DNA of 64,000 bases from Octopus vulgaris (GCA_951406725.2 OX597840.1:3534001-3598000), one strand, 5' to 3'. Positions 13,715-28,753 are shown, numbered from the stretch's first letter. Numbers and translations are program-made. Notes: generated by a model from the letters alone, not told the origin.

Positions 13715-13900
13715 AAGGGCAAAAATTTACATATGAATCGATTATATCAACCACACTGTTTCATTGGTACTTAATTCATTGACCCCGAAAGGATAACAGG
13801 TTAAGTCGACCACGACGGAATTTTGAACTCAGAACGTGCAGACGGACGAAATGCGGCTAAGCGCTTTGCCCGGCGTGCTAACGATTCTGCCAGCATGCCG
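13715..13900 (-). mobile_element. Degenerate SINE A
   Basis: GACCCCGAAAGGAT..GAACTCAGAACGT..CCGGCGTGCTAACGATTCTGCCAGC. Confidence 0.8.
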
Positions 13901-14108
13901 GCTGAAGAAGAAGGAGAGGAAGGAGAAGAAGAAGAAGAAGAAGAAGAAGAAGAAGAAGAAGAAGAAGAAGAAGAAGAAGAAGAAGAAGAAGAAGAAGAAG
14001 AAGAAGAAGAAGAAGAAGAATCGCATTATTTATAAGCCCCATGAACTTCGAAAATATCATTGCCAACATCATCAGTATCATCAACATCGTCATCTTCATC
14101 ATTATCAA

Positions 14109-14169
<61 letters not shown>

Positions 14170-14657
14170 GTAATCGACATCAGTAGCAGAATCATCCTCA
14201 TCATCTTCAAAACCAGTCAACCATCTTCGTGCTCATCATCACCACAAACGCCACCATTATTATCATCATCATCATCACCACCACCATCATCATCATCACC
14301 ATCATCAACATCACCTCACCTCTTCCACCATCACCACCACCACCACCACCACCATCATCCTCATCACCATCATCACCAACATCACCATCACTATCATCAT
14401 CATCACCGGTATTGTCTGCGATTGTTGAGCCAACAATAATGGTGTAACGTGAGGGATTATCTCACCCATGAATTCAGGGGTCAGAACGAGGCAAAACCGT
14501 CTGCATGTTACAGTTCATTGGTTTACAGCACAACCGAACAAGATGGCGTACACATTAAATTCCAACGTCCATAAAGCCGGTTTATAGCCGTGTTGATAGA
14601 GGCCATATAAGAATACATACATAGATTTATATACACAAACATATACATAAATATGAG

Positions 14658-14693
<36 letters not shown>

Positions 14694-14725
14694 CATGTAC
14701 ATATACTTATTAATATATATATATA

Positions 14726-14780
<55 letters not shown>

Positions 14781-14797
14781 CTGTGTGTGTATACATG

Positions 14798-14847
<50 letters not shown>

Positions 14848-15155
14848 CATATATACACATATATACATGTACAAATATGTCTCTATTTACATAGAAATAT
14901 ATATTTGTATATATGCATCACTTTCTCTCTGTATGTATATATATATATTTATGTGTATATACACAAATGTATATATATAATTTGATAGATATATATATAT
15001 ATATATTGTTTTTGTGTGTTGTATGTGGGTGTGTATGTGCGTGTTAGAATGTATGATATATGGGCAACCATACTGACGAGTATTATTGTATATGTGTATG
15101 TGAATTCGTGTGGAAACAGTAATGGACGCAAGTATGAAGGTATACACGAACACGT

Positions 15156-15216
<61 letters not shown>

Positions 15217-15232
15217 AATATATATATAGATA

Positions 15233-15530
15233 TGTTTCTTTATTAGCCTAGCCAACAGGTCTGTGCACAAAGGGGACAAATTACAAAGTAGAGCTTTTCA
15301 TTTTGCGGAGAAAGAAATGAAAAGAAAAAGAAAAATTTAAGATGGTGGATAGGTTTCGATCAAAAGGGATCTTTAAAAAACGATCAATGGGGATCGTATA
15401 TCACAGAAATGTCCTGATGTAAAGTGTAAAAGGGGAAAGATATAAGGTTTATCCGTGGAAAGAAAAGTTTATGGAAAAGACCACGGTAACCTCGGTCAAT
15501 AATGTCACATGTTAACACATTTATTTGCAA
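15233..15530 (-). mobile_element. Putative non-LTR retroelement 3' UTR fragment with a terminus like the young SINE A tail
   Basis: Minus strand ends TTTGTCCCCTTTGTG..AATAAAGAAACA, like SINE A TTTGTCCCCTCT..AATAAAGAAA(T/C)A; upstream part is unrelated to the SINE. Confidence 0.4.
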
Positions 15531-15555
15531 GAGAGTAACTCTCTGTTTTAAATTT

Positions 15556-15650
<95 letters not shown>

Positions 15651-16177
15651 GTAGACCATACAAGACTATACACGAACATTCTAGGGTACAACTAGTGTTT
15701 GTACTACAGAAACAGCTAGAAAGAAAGGAATCAACATACTCCTAATGTACAACACTACATAAACGCTCAAACACACAAACAGACAAACACGTCATAGACC
15801 AGTTATAAACAGAAATAGACATCTGACTGATGACATACACATTTAATGCTTAATGATTCTACTTCCGGCAGCAATGTCGACATCAATCATATTGGCTCTG
15901 TTTACAATATGGGTGAAGCCATACAAAACAACGCCATTTCATTCCGACGATATAGCTTGAAAGGTCAACAATGTTTGGTCGTGGATTTAGGAATTATATT
16001 CAACCAAATAAATTGTTTGTTATTTTTTTGTGAATGTATGAAAAGTTTTATTTGGAAAAAGCATTAAAAAGTGGTGTAGGTGTAGTCATGAGCACATGCT
16101 TTTGTAAACAGTAGAGTAGGGAGACAAATATATATATATATATATATAGATAGATATCGATATAGATAGATAGATAT

Positions 16178-16282
<105 letters not shown>

Positions 16283-16413
16283 GATAAATAGATAGAGATA
16301 GATAGATAGAAAGAGATAGATAGACAGATAGATAGATGGATAGATATATAGATAGATGGATAGATAGACAGGCAGGCAGACAGGCAGATAGTTATAAACG
16401 TAATGTGTCAATT

Positions 16414-16475
<62 letters not shown>

Positions 16476-16495
16476 ATATATATGTATGTATAGAG

Positions 16496-16583
<88 letters not shown>

Positions 16584-16825
16584 GATAGATTCAGATGAAA
16601 ATGGTACTTAAATTGAGGCACCAGAATTTCGTACGGTATTATCCATAACATTTCAAAGTAAGGTTATTAAAATCAAAATAAGCCACAAGGATATCCAGAG
16701 GTAATGCAGTACGATCGTTTCATGGATTTGCATGAAACGACCGTAATGCATTACCATATTTTGATTATTTATAAATATATATATATGGATTTGGTAGACA
16801 GAAACTGAAAGAAGTCCATCGTATT

Positions 16826-16881
<56 letters not shown>

Positions 16882-16883
<2 letters not shown>

Positions 16884-17107
16884 GCACGTAAAAAGCACCA
16901 ACCGATCGTGGTCGTTGCCAGCCTCCACTGGCCCCTGTACCGGTGGCACGTAAAAAGCACCCACTACACTCAAGGCGTGGTTGGCGTTAGGAAGGGCATC
17001 CAGCTGTAGAAACACTGCCAGATCAGACACATCCTGGCTTCCCAGACCCGATCGAACCGTCCAACCCAGGAAAGCATGGAAAATGGACGTTAAATGATGA
17101 TGATGAT
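16882..17107 (+). mobile_element. SINE-like family C
   Basis: Two TGGCACGTAAAAAGCACC modules, AGGAAGGGCATCCAGCTGTAGAAAC, tail GGACGTTAAAT(GAT)n. Confidence 0.85.
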
Positions 17108-17348
17108 ATATTGAGAGAGAGAGAGAGAGAGAGAGAGAAAACTCTAAAACGCTATTTTTTTAACGTTTATTTGAAATTTGTAAATTCAGGATCCGTACTT
17201 GAAACTGGCCCACAATTTTTTGCATGTCTGTTTTTGGATCTATTATTGTTGTCAGTCTAAACCCTTAAATTGTATTTATTATTCCCAGGTTCGTTTACTG
17301 GGATTCTTCTAATAGAAGAAAATGGACGCTTTTTATGCTTTAAGTGTA

Positions 17349-17384
<36 letters not shown>

Positions 17385-17619
17385 CGCTCTAAAGCGACAT
17401 CTACCGATGAACATTAAAATACATTAAGCATCAAAATACGAAATCATCGAAGATCTGGCTGTATTTTCAGCAGTAGAGATCTTACCTCCCTTGTCAGTCA
17501 TTAACATAGTACTTTCTGTGGCGATGGGGTTGTTTTGACTCCTATTTCTAGCATTACTGGAGCTGATTAGTGTCCTTTGTCTTTTTAGTGACATACATAT
17601 TTCTGCCTTTAGGTTGTAA

Positions 17620-17800
17620 AATTGCGAATTGGCAACCCCTATTATTTAGGTTTATATACCTGCAATTTTATTACTGGAAATAATAGATTTCCTGCGTTCA
17701 TAAATTCACATCGACAGCGGGACCTCAAAAAAGATTGTTGTTCAAAATATTAGATCGTTTATAAAAACTGTTGCTTGGCTTAAACCAAAAGGCTTAGTGT
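17620..17800 (-). pseudogene. Possible very old PLE RT remnant
   Basis: One frameshift gives MNARKSII, like IMNDRKSVL in the 48-kb PLE; single motif only. Confidence 0.25.
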
Positions 17801-17929
17801 TGTAAGCTAGGACGTAACCTAACATGTGAGCGATAGGTCTTGCGAAGTTGATTATCATTTATTAAAGTGGTCTAATACATTGACTATAGAATTTGTATCA
17901 CCATTTACATACATTTATTTATTTATCTA

Positions 17930-18161
17930 TGCGGCCTTTTTAACCCTAGGCAGGCTCATGGGCCCGGTTTCCCGGTTTCTGTGGCGTACGTGCTCCATCC
18001 AGATGGACGGGATGCCAGTCCATCGCAGCGTTACTCAAGAAACAGGAAGAGAGAGTCAGAGAAATTTGGAGCGAAAGACTCCACACAACGTCCGGTCTGG
18101 GAATCGAAACCGCGTTCCTCCGACCGCGAGTCCGCTGTCCTAACCACTGGGCCATTTCGCC
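17930..18161 (-). mobile_element. tRNA-derived SINE family D2 (V-domain-like body)
   Basis: Head GGCGAAATGGCCCAGTGGTTAGG..GGTTTCGATTCCCAGACCGG (A/B boxes) shared with 37096; body GCGATGGACTGGCATCCCGTCCA resembles the V-SINE core as I recall it. Confidence 0.8.
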
Positions 18162-18377
18162 TCCACATATACATACACACATATACATATACATATATAT
18201 ATATATATATATACACACACATATATATATATATATATACATATTCATATATATATACATAGATTTATGTATATATATAGATAGATAGATAGATATAAAC
18301 TATATGATATATATATGCATATACGCATATATAGTTATATATTTAGAATATCGTGTGTGTGTGTGTGTGTGTTCGTG

Positions 18378-18465
<88 letters not shown>

Positions 18466-19002
18466 TATGTATGTGTGTGTAGCATTCATCTTTTGTATAT
18501 ATTTTTATATTCAACATCAGCGCTAAAGAAAAAAGTAATACACCTAGAAATTACTTCTTTAAAAATATCTTTACTATTCATGTTTTTTAAGGCTATATAT
18601 GGTTCTAAACTGTTGTTTATGTTACGAAGTTCGGCCCTTTTCTATCTCTAGTTTTTTTTTCTTTCATTCTTTCTTTACATTGTCACTAACGTTAGAGAGA
18701 CTTGTTCTTGCTGTTGCTATTTTGGTTGTTGTTGCTCTCGTCTGTCTGTGATGTTCTGTCCGTGTTGTTTTAGCTATCTACGAACTTTTGGTTTGTAGAT
18801 AATACTGTAGATATTGTTGGTGTTGCTGCTGTTTTGGTTCACTTTAGTCCTCTCATTCTGGGTAGTTTTTTTTCAGCCTTTGATGTGAAATATTTGAAGT
18901 GGATTGTTTATGAAACGCGTCTTTTTATTTGCTGGTCGGCTGGTTTTAGTTCTCCTTATTTACTCCGTGATATCTATCTATCTATATACGTGTGTGCGTG
19001 TA

Positions 19003-19047
<45 letters not shown>

Positions 19048-19058
19048 GTACATACGCG

Positions 19059-19100
<42 letters not shown>

Positions 19101-19264
19101 CATATATACGTACATACATTCATATATACATATATATATACATATATATATTCTATATATATATATATATATATCTTCATATATTTATATAAATATATAG
19201 ATATATATATATAAATGTATATATATGTAAAAATATATATATATATATATAGATATCTATATAC

Positions 19265-19312
<48 letters not shown>

Positions 19313-19426
19313 CTATATATATATATTCCTATATATGTGTGTACATTGAAGAGAATGAGGCAATTACATATGTGTACGCATTAGATAGGTAGAGAGATAG
19401 ATAGAGAGAGAGAGAAAGATAGATAA

Positions 19427-19487
<61 letters not shown>

Positions 19488-19805
19488 TAGATAGATAGAC
19501 ACTTTACGTAAGTCAATCACTAAGTTTATTTCTATTCGTATGTGATTGCGTGTTCGTATGTATGTGACGGTTTTGTGTGTACACGTGTTGTGTGTTTATG
19601 TATATGTCTGTGCCCCTGTGTGTATTTGTGTGAGTGTATGAGTGCGTGTGTTTTACAAAATGTCGGCTTCCGATGCATAAGATAGTATTTTGTGCAAAAT
19701 CAACCATCAGAATGTTTCCATTTCCCGCGGACGTAGTTTACGTGATGTGATTGACTTATGGGTAAGTATCTTTCGGATGAGTCGACAAAGAGGAGGAGGA
19801 AACGA

Positions 19806-20118
19806 GTGTGAGTGACTGAGTGAGTGCGTGAGTGAGTGAGTGAGTGAGTGAGTGAGTGAGTGAGTGAGTGGGTGAGTGAGTGAGTGGGTGAGTGAGAGAG
19901 TGAGTGAGTGAGTGGGTGAGTGAATGAGTGAGTGAGTGAGTGGGTGGGTGAGTGAGTGAGTGAGTGAGTGAGTGGGTGAGTGAGTGAGTGGGTGAGTGAG
20001 AGAGTGAGTGAGTGAGTGGGTGAGTGAATGAGTGAGTGAGTGAGTGGGTGAGTGAGTGAGTGAGTGAGTGAGTGGGTGAGTGAGTGAGTGAGTGAGTGAG
20101 TGGGTGGGGGAGTGAGTC
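19806..20118. repeat. (TGAG)n tetranucleotide array
   Basis: Directly visible. Confidence 0.95.
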
Positions 20119-20494
20119 AGGGAGATAGATAGATAGAGAGAGAAAGAGATAGAGAGATAGATAAATAGAAAAATTCATACGTTCATTCATTCATTTTTAA
20201 ACGTAAGTTGATGGAATGTTACGTAAGATAATTGCATAGGTAGATAGATAGGTTTACTGTTGATAGATATATAAATCGATTAACAATATAGATTGATGTG
20301 AGTGTTTGTGTGTATCTGCAGAGACAGAGGGACAGAGAGGGGCAGGTAACGAGTTGATGCGTAGATAGATAGATAAATAAACAGGTACAAAGATACATAT
20401 ACAGGTGGGTAGATTAATACATGGATGATAAAGACATAGATAGGTGCACGCAGAGAGAGCAAGAGAGTTCCAGAGAAATAGAAATGGAAACAAA

Positions 20495-20525
<31 letters not shown>

Positions 20526-20678
20526 TGGACAGACAGACAGACAGAGATTGATAGAAAGAAGTATATAATGCACTCATTATAGAGCTGACATACATGCATA
20601 CATACTAACATACTTGCAAGCAAACGAAGTTAGGCCGTTATTTCATTTGATTTCGGAAGACATTACACCACACAGTGC

Positions 20679-20717
<39 letters not shown>

Positions 20718-20721
<4 letters not shown>

Positions 20722-20774
20722 ATCCAAACATGAGAATACAAAGAGGAAACACAACAACGCAAGGACGTGGAACT
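20718..20774 (-). mobile_element. 3'-terminal fragment of hammerhead-bearing family F in (TA)n
   Basis: Approximate reverse complement of 46597-46651 (GTTCCAC..GCGTTGTTG..CATGTTTGGATTAAC). Confidence 0.75.
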
Positions 20775-20817
20775 ATATATATACACTTATATATACATAT
20801 ATTTATATGTATACATA

Positions 20818-20859
<42 letters not shown>

Positions 20860-20943
20860 ACGTGTCTGTGTATTTGGGTATCTATATATCTATATATATA
20901 CATGTACGTGTGTGTGTTTATATATGTCTATATATATATATAT

Positions 20944-20983
<40 letters not shown>

Positions 20984-21396
20984 TGTATGTATGTGTGTGC
21001 GTGTAATCGATTTTCGAATGAAATGAAAACAGCAAGACGATGCGAAGAAGAAAAAAAGCGCTGCACAAATAAACTCCAAAACAGAGATATTCGCTATTAA
21101 ATTAGACTGACAAATCAAAAAGTCCGACTTCTGGTGTTTAAAACAGCAGCAGGGGCGGTGGTCGCGGTGGCAGCAGCAGCGCTACTGCCTTCACGGCCGC
21201 CATTAGCCTAAGGTTGGTGTTGAGGTCGGTGTTAAAGATCATGGTGAGGGGAGAGGAGGAGGAGGAGGAAGAAGAAGTAGCAGACGAAAATGGAGGAGGA
21301 GGAGGATGAAGAAGACGAAAAATACATAAAGAAAGAGTGAATGAATGAATGATCATCAACTGAAACAAGTTGAAAAGCGGAAGATGATGGAGAAGG

Positions 21397-21429
<33 letters not shown>

Positions 21430-21615
21430 GGAGGAGGAGGAGGAGGAGGAGGAGAGGAGGAGGGCGATGATGATGATGATGATGACGAAGAAGAAGAAGT
21501 AGAAGAAGAAGAAGAAGAAGAAGAAGAAGGATTGAGGAGGAGGAGGAGGAGAAAAAAGAAGAAGAAGAAGAAGAAGAAGACGAAGAAGAAGAAAGACAGA
21601 TGGTGCTGTAGCTGG

Positions 21616-21665
<50 letters not shown>

Positions 21666-22094
21666 ATATATATATATAATGTCAATCTATACTTAAGCAT
21701 ATACGTATATATATGTGTATGTACAAACACACACATAAGTGTGTGTGTATGTGTGTGTATGTGTGAGTGTGTGTGTGTCGTAGACTTAGAATGAATTGGT
21801 CTGGGGATAGCCTCTTTCTTGCGCTCCACCATTCTTGGAGAACCTAAAAAGTCTTCTTTTCTGACTAAAAGATAAAATAATTTAACCTATACAAACAGAC
21901 GTTGAACACATTTAAACCACATCTCTCTTTCTCACTCTCTTTCTCTCTTCCTCTACCTCTCACTCACTCTCTTTCTCTTTCACTTACTCGCATATATATA
22001 TACATTGTATATAATTTTATATATATAAATATACTTTTCGATAGTGTAGAATATATTATTCCATATTGTATATCTTTGTCAAGGCATATTTGTA

Positions 22095-22590
22095 TTCCGG
22101 CGATATGTAGGATTCTCACAGTTGTCTTCCAACTTGTTCTATCATTATTTTTTCTTTCTTATTTGTCCATGTTTTCATGTCATTACTTGTCATCTTCACT
22201 TTCTCCTCTCCGACAGGTGATTCGCGAGCGACCTATATTACTTGTTTCTCTCTGGTTTCGTATCGCTGGCTTGCCTTGCTAATCATCATTCTTATCTAGT
22301 AAGAAGAAGCGTCCTGCATTCTTGTTAACTTTTTTGTGTTCCAGCCCCAAGTTTACATTATCAGATATCTTTCTCGTTTCTCAATGTCTAACCTACATAC
22401 CTCTTCATTTCTCTAGCAGCTTGTTGGCTTTCGCCAATATCTAGTTTGTTTCAACATATTTAATTTGCATGAACCTAAATTGCTCATCTGTTATTCCGTA
22501 CTTAGTAACATCTACAGCCTCCATAACCAAATTTACCAATAATAAGATTTAACTCCAGCTTACTTGTTACATTGAATACTCAGGTGAATA
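22095..22590 (-). pseudogene. Highly decayed RTE-clade LINE 3' ORF fragment
   Basis: Minus-strand GRSRITC and NDRTSWKTTV resemble RTE C-terminal RGRPR.TW and QDR..WR. Confidence 0.35.
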
Positions 22591-23569
22591 TTATTGCTCC
22601 CCACAGATTGGTGAAAATCTATATATGTGTGTCTGTGTGTGTGGAGAGGGAGAGAGAGAAAGACAGACTGACAGACAGACAGACACTGAGAGCGAGGTAT
22701 TAAGGCAGACAAAAACAGGTGTAAGATATATTTATATGGAGCAAAAAATACAGATTAAAAAAAGAAAAAATTATGTAAAGTCTTGTCGACACCTGTTTCA
22801 AAATAGCCATAACTTTTCAAAATAGCCATAACTTTTCCATATAGTTATGCATCTCTGTATATACGTACGTATGTACATATGTACGTACGTATGTATGTAC
22901 GTACGTATGTATGCATGTATGTATGTATGCATGTATTTATCAGGCAAGTGCCGTCAGTAATTATTCAACGTAGGCAGTTAGTGACATTTATGTAGTAAAC
23001 CACACACAAAATAAGAGAAGCACAGTCACGAGTTGAAGGCAGATTTATTTCTGCATTTATGGGCACGTAAAGGAAACGTTGTCGTAGGAATCTACGCAGC
23101 ACGCATTCCACAGCAGTACTATGCATTGCTTGAATACTGAGATTGAAAGGCAAGGGCGAATTATGCCAACCTAATCTACAAAAACAAAAATATTATACAT
23201 TCTATGCATAGTACTCAGACTAACCTTTATTGAATTATATGCATATTTTGCCATGAGAGAGAAATATTGCTATCGATTTATTTTATTCAAAGTAGGCGCT
23301 GCCTACTTTGCCTACCTAGGCGGCAAGTACGTGGTATATGTATGTGTGTGTGTATGTATGTATGTATGTATGTATGTATGTATGTATGTATGTATGTATG
23401 TATGTATGTATGTATGTATGTATGCATGTATGTTTGTATGTATGTATGTATGTATATATGTATGTATGTATGTGTGAATGAATGTATGTATGTGTGTATG
23501 TATGTATGTATGTGTGAATGAATGTATGTATGCGTGTATGTATGCATGTATGTTTGTATGTATGTAGTG

Positions 23570-23697
23570 AAGGCGCGTGGCAAGACACTTTATTTCACTT
23601 GGCTCCAGCCCACTCAGCTGGCAAAAATGAGTCGTATTGTATTTGAAAGGGCCAGCCTTGTCACATTCTGTGTCACGCTGAAATTCCCTGAGAATTA
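23570..23697 (+). mobile_element. SINE D-related fragment
   Basis: AAAGGGCCAGCCTTGTCACATTCTGTGTCACGCTGAA matches 37303-37340. Confidence 0.7.
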
Positions 23698-23829
23698 TAC
23701 ACACACACACATATATATATACGCACACACACACACACACATATATATGCATATATGTATGTGTGTATGGATACACGCTCACACACACTTCACATGCTAA
23801 CAAACACACAGACACATATACACACACAT

Positions 23830-23875
<46 letters not shown>

Positions 23876-24028
23876 CCTGCGTACATGCGTGTTTGAGTGT
23901 GTTTGGGTTTCAGTTTCATCAATGCGTATCTAAGTGTACCCAGTTTCTGTTTATACCCATGTACATTCTCACAGCCTGTAACCACACAAACATACATACA
24001 TATATATTTATATACATATATATTTATG

Positions 24029-24059
<31 letters not shown>

Positions 24060-24145
24060 CGATATACATATACATATATATATATTTATATATGTATGTA
24101 TATATATATATACACCTATATGTACATATGTATACATATACAGAT

Positions 24146-24215
<70 letters not shown>

Positions 24216-24359
24216 GATATACTGTATACATACTAAACACCCACACACACTCACAAACACACACACATACATATATATATGTGTGTGTGTGTGTGTATAC
24301 GCATACACGTAGGCTGAATGTTCTCTGACAAACAGAACACGTGATATTATCGATAGGAG

Positions 24360-24737
24360 ATAACTGAAGACCGGCAAAATCATTATTGTTTCCCCATGGG
24401 GCACTGCCTTGAGCCCACTCCTGTTTATTATTTACATAATTGACAACTAACGTAGTAGAATGAAAATATTTGCAGATGACTCTCAGCTCCAGCATACTAC
24501 CATGGGATTCAGTGACCAAACAGACCTCTATTCTTGGCTATACGCTTGATCATTGGATAGGCGAAAAACAACATACTGCAAAATGAAAGAAAATTGGTGT
24601 TCCTCCATTTTGGAGAATAAGTAAATGTATCGAAACAGTCACTTCCCCTTTTTTCTAATGACCTTCTCATAGCATCAAATAATATCTGAGTCCTAGATAT
24701 ACTTGTGGATAACGGTTCAAATCTGAGATGCACATAT
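24360..24737 (+). pseudogene. CR1/L2-type LINE reverse transcriptase fragment
   Basis: SPWGTALSPLLFIIYIID (VPQGSVLGPLLF.IYIND-like), KIFADDSQL and KLVFLHFG, with stops and frameshifts. Confidence 0.75.
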
Positions 24738-24935
24738 TGATTTCAAATTTTGGTACAGGGCCAGCAACTACAAGACTGTGCGTAAATCGATTACGTCGAC
24801 ACCAGTGTTCAACTGGTAATTGTTTTATCGAACCTGAAAGGATTAAAGACAAAGGTGACCTCGGTGAAATTTGAACTCTGAACGTAAAGATGGACGAAAT
24901 GCTGGCTAAACGTTTTTCCCGACGTACTAACGATT
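24738..24935 (-). mobile_element. Degenerate SINE A, old subfamily
   Basis: TTTCAAATTTTGGTACA tail; GACCTCGGTGAAATTTGAACTCTGAACGT. Confidence 0.8.
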
Positions 24936-25034
24936 CGAAGATGGGATACACATATCAACAATAAAGTAGGCAATGATTCCACGATGGGAGATATATATTA
25001 ACAATAAAGAATTGTATTAGCTTGACATTTTATG

Positions 25035-25130
25035 AAAGGAGAGAGTTTGACGTTTCGGGTTATAGCTCTTCGTCGGAGCGGAGAAATAGAGATATCCAAA
25101 GAAGGTAAAGAAATTGCTAACGGCACAGAG
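25035..25130 (-). ncRNA. Family F fragment with a degenerate minimal hammerhead-like motif
   Basis: Minus strand reads CCGACGA-A-GAGCTATAACCC-GAAA-CG-TC-AAAC; flanks homologous to 46455-46560. Confidence 0.55.
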
Positions 25131-25239
25131 AGAGAGGAGGAGAGAGAGAAAAAGTTATGCACAACCATACATCCTCATACGCATGCGCGCCCACCAGAAA
25201 CGCTCACTGATACACAAATAAACACATATATCGTTATAT

Positions 25240-25532
25240 TTCATCTTTTACTTGTTTCAGTCATTACACTGTAGCCATACTGGAGCACCCCTTTGAAGAA
25301 TTTTGCTCTAATTATTTAACAACCCTTGCGCATTTATTTCTTATTGAAAACCTGATACGTATTCAATCGTGTCTTTTGTCAAATCACCAATTTAAACGTA
25401 CCATCACAGGTCGTCAAGAGGTGGTGATGGACAAATACAAAGTCACCCCCACCCGAACACACACACACATATATATATATATATACAATCAAACGAAGAT
25501 CCTCATTTAGTTTCCGTCTAACAAACCCACTC
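25240..25532 (-). mobile_element. Degenerate SINE B
   Basis: TTTTACTTGTTTCAGTCATT..GGAGCACC and AGTTTCCGTCTA..CCACTC. Confidence 0.7.
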
Positions 25533-25583
25533 GCAAAAATATATGCGTGTGTGAGAGAATGACTGTATATATATATTTATCTA

Positions 25584-25635
<52 letters not shown>

Positions 25636-25850
25636 TGTATGGCTTACGTTTTTCATTGTTTGATTTGCCTAATAGTGGTTTTATCACTAATTTAATATAA
25701 TATAATATTTTACTATAAAATTGGATTCAATCCTAAATCTGATTTTTCACTGTAAGTTTGGATTTATTACCTAATATTCTATTATATATATATATATATA
25801 TATATATCCGTATATACATATCTATTTGTGAATATATTTATATACATATC

Positions 25851-25901
<51 letters not shown>

Positions 25902-25936
25902 GTATGTATATATATGTGTGGGTGTATGTATTTATG

Positions 25937-25971
<35 letters not shown>

Positions 25972-26057
25972 GGATATATATGTATAAGTAAATGCGATTA
26001 TGCACATAGTGCATATGTATGTGCATGCTTGGTAATTTTTTCTAAATGGATAAACTG

Positions 26058-26122
<65 letters not shown>

Positions 26123-26515
26123 TATATACATATACATATATGTGTAAATTTACTCTGTGTAAATATGTCCGTTTCTATATAAGTATGTGCGTATGTTTGT
26201 GTGTGTTTATGCGTGGGGGAAAGTGTGTATGTGTATGTATGTGTGTGTACGTGTGTTTATATATGCGCACATGACCGTATGTGTGTACAGCGTTTAATGG
26301 AAGTTAATTCCAACACTCAAAATTCTCCATATAATGGAAATAGTGAAATTCCATTTATAAACCAATAAAAATTACGGAAAGGAAACTCAAAAGAAAAGAA
26401 GAAAAAGAAGAAGGAAAAGAAGGTATACACACATATATATGATTGCATATTTCCATATAATATACATAAATATATATATAATGTATATATATTCAGGTAT
26501 CTATGCATATATGTG

Positions 26516-26575
<60 letters not shown>

Positions 26576-26599
26576 TACATATATACACACGCATATTTA

Positions 26600-26646
<47 letters not shown>

Positions 26647-27429
26647 AGCGAATAATGAAATAGTCAAAATAATGCATAAAATAGAAATTACAAAAAAGTG
26701 TGGTAAAACAGAAAGGGAAAGGAAATTTATTTTTAAAAAACACCCTTTTAGATTTATTGGTAAAGAATATATAAATATATGAAGAGATTTGGGGAAAATA
26801 TAATAATATTAACGATGATGATGAAAATGAAGAGGAGCAGCAGGAGGACGGGAGGGGAGGAAGTAGAGGAGGAGGGGGAGTGGAGGAGTTGGATGATGAT
26901 CATGATAAGAGGAAGAAGTGGAGGAGGAGGATGAAGAGGGGGCGGAGGAGATCGATGAGGATTATGATTATGATGACGAACATGATAATGATGAGGAGGA
27001 GGTGGAGGAGGTAGTGGTGGGAAAAGGAGAGGAGATGGGTGATAATTATGATGGTGGTGATGATGGTGTTGATAACGATGATAATGGCGGTGATGTTGAC
27101 GATCATGATGAGGAGGAAGGGGAGCAGGAGGGGGATAATGATAGTTCATGATGGTGATCATGATGATGATGTACGGCTCCTATCAATTAGAGCTAAGCAT
27201 AAACATAGTAGTGATGACGATGATGATGACTCGACGACGACGATGATGGTGATTATTCCGATAATGATAAATAGTGATAATAATAGTGATGGCGGTAGTA
27301 ATAATGATGGACTTAATGAGTTTTGTGTTAGCCGCAAGGGCCACAGGTATATTCTTTCAGAATTTATTTAAATACACGAATATACATCAGCGACAAAACT
27401 ATTGTTCAAAGAAATACTTATACATACAT

Positions 27430-27519
<90 letters not shown>

Positions 27520-27637
27520 ATACAAAATGGGACAAGATATGTATACAGATTTGTAATTATATATATATATATATACAGATATATATATAAAATATATATA
27601 AAAATACAAAATGGGACAAGATATACATACAGATTTG

Positions 27638-27674
<37 letters not shown>

Positions 27675-27710
27675 ATATACGAATATAGATATTTGTTTGT
27701 GAATGTATCT

Positions 27711-27753
<43 letters not shown>

Positions 27754-27903
27754 CACATATGCATACATAGGTTAAATTTCCCATAGATTGTGACTAAATA
27801 CGAATTACAAATTTAGCATTGCAAGACATCTTGTTTCACACGTAGCCATATAGGACGAGGGTAAATATATGCATGAAAATGTGCATAAATATATGATTGT
27901 CTG

Positions 27904-27951
<48 letters not shown>

Positions 27952-28194
27952 CATGCACATACACACACATACACACACACTCATATATATATATACATAA
28001 TATATATATATATGTGTATATATATATATATATATACAAAGACACACGCACACATATATATACGTGTATGTATGTAGATGTGGAGATATATATATATATA
28101 TATACATTGGGGAGTATGTGTGGGTGTATCAATTACAAGGTTTTTATTACAATATTACAGATAATAATATAGATAAAATAAAGGCACCAATAAC

Positions 28195-28275
28195 AACAAC
28201 AATGACTATAATGATGACGATAATAATAATAATAATGATAATAATAACAATGATAATAATAATAATAATAATAAT

Positions 28276-28306
<31 letters not shown>

Positions 28307-28405
28307 TTAATAATAATAATAATAAAAATAATAATAATAATAATAAATTAATAATAATAATAATAATAATAATAAAAATAATAATAATAATAATATTAAT
28401 AATAA

Positions 28406-28470
<65 letters not shown>

Positions 28471-28480
28471 TTAATAATAA

Positions 28481-28533
<53 letters not shown>

Positions 28534-28570
28534 TTAATAATAATAATAATAATAATGATAATAATAATAA

Positions 28571-28623
<53 letters not shown>

Positions 28624-28633
28624 TTAATAATAA

Positions 28634-28726
<93 letters not shown>

Positions 28727-28753
28727 TAATAATAATAATAATATTAATAATAA

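Noticed and set aside
19806-20118. Telomere-like repeat
   Set aside because: Unit is TGAG/TGGG rather than TTAGGG; an ordinary tetranucleotide microsatellite
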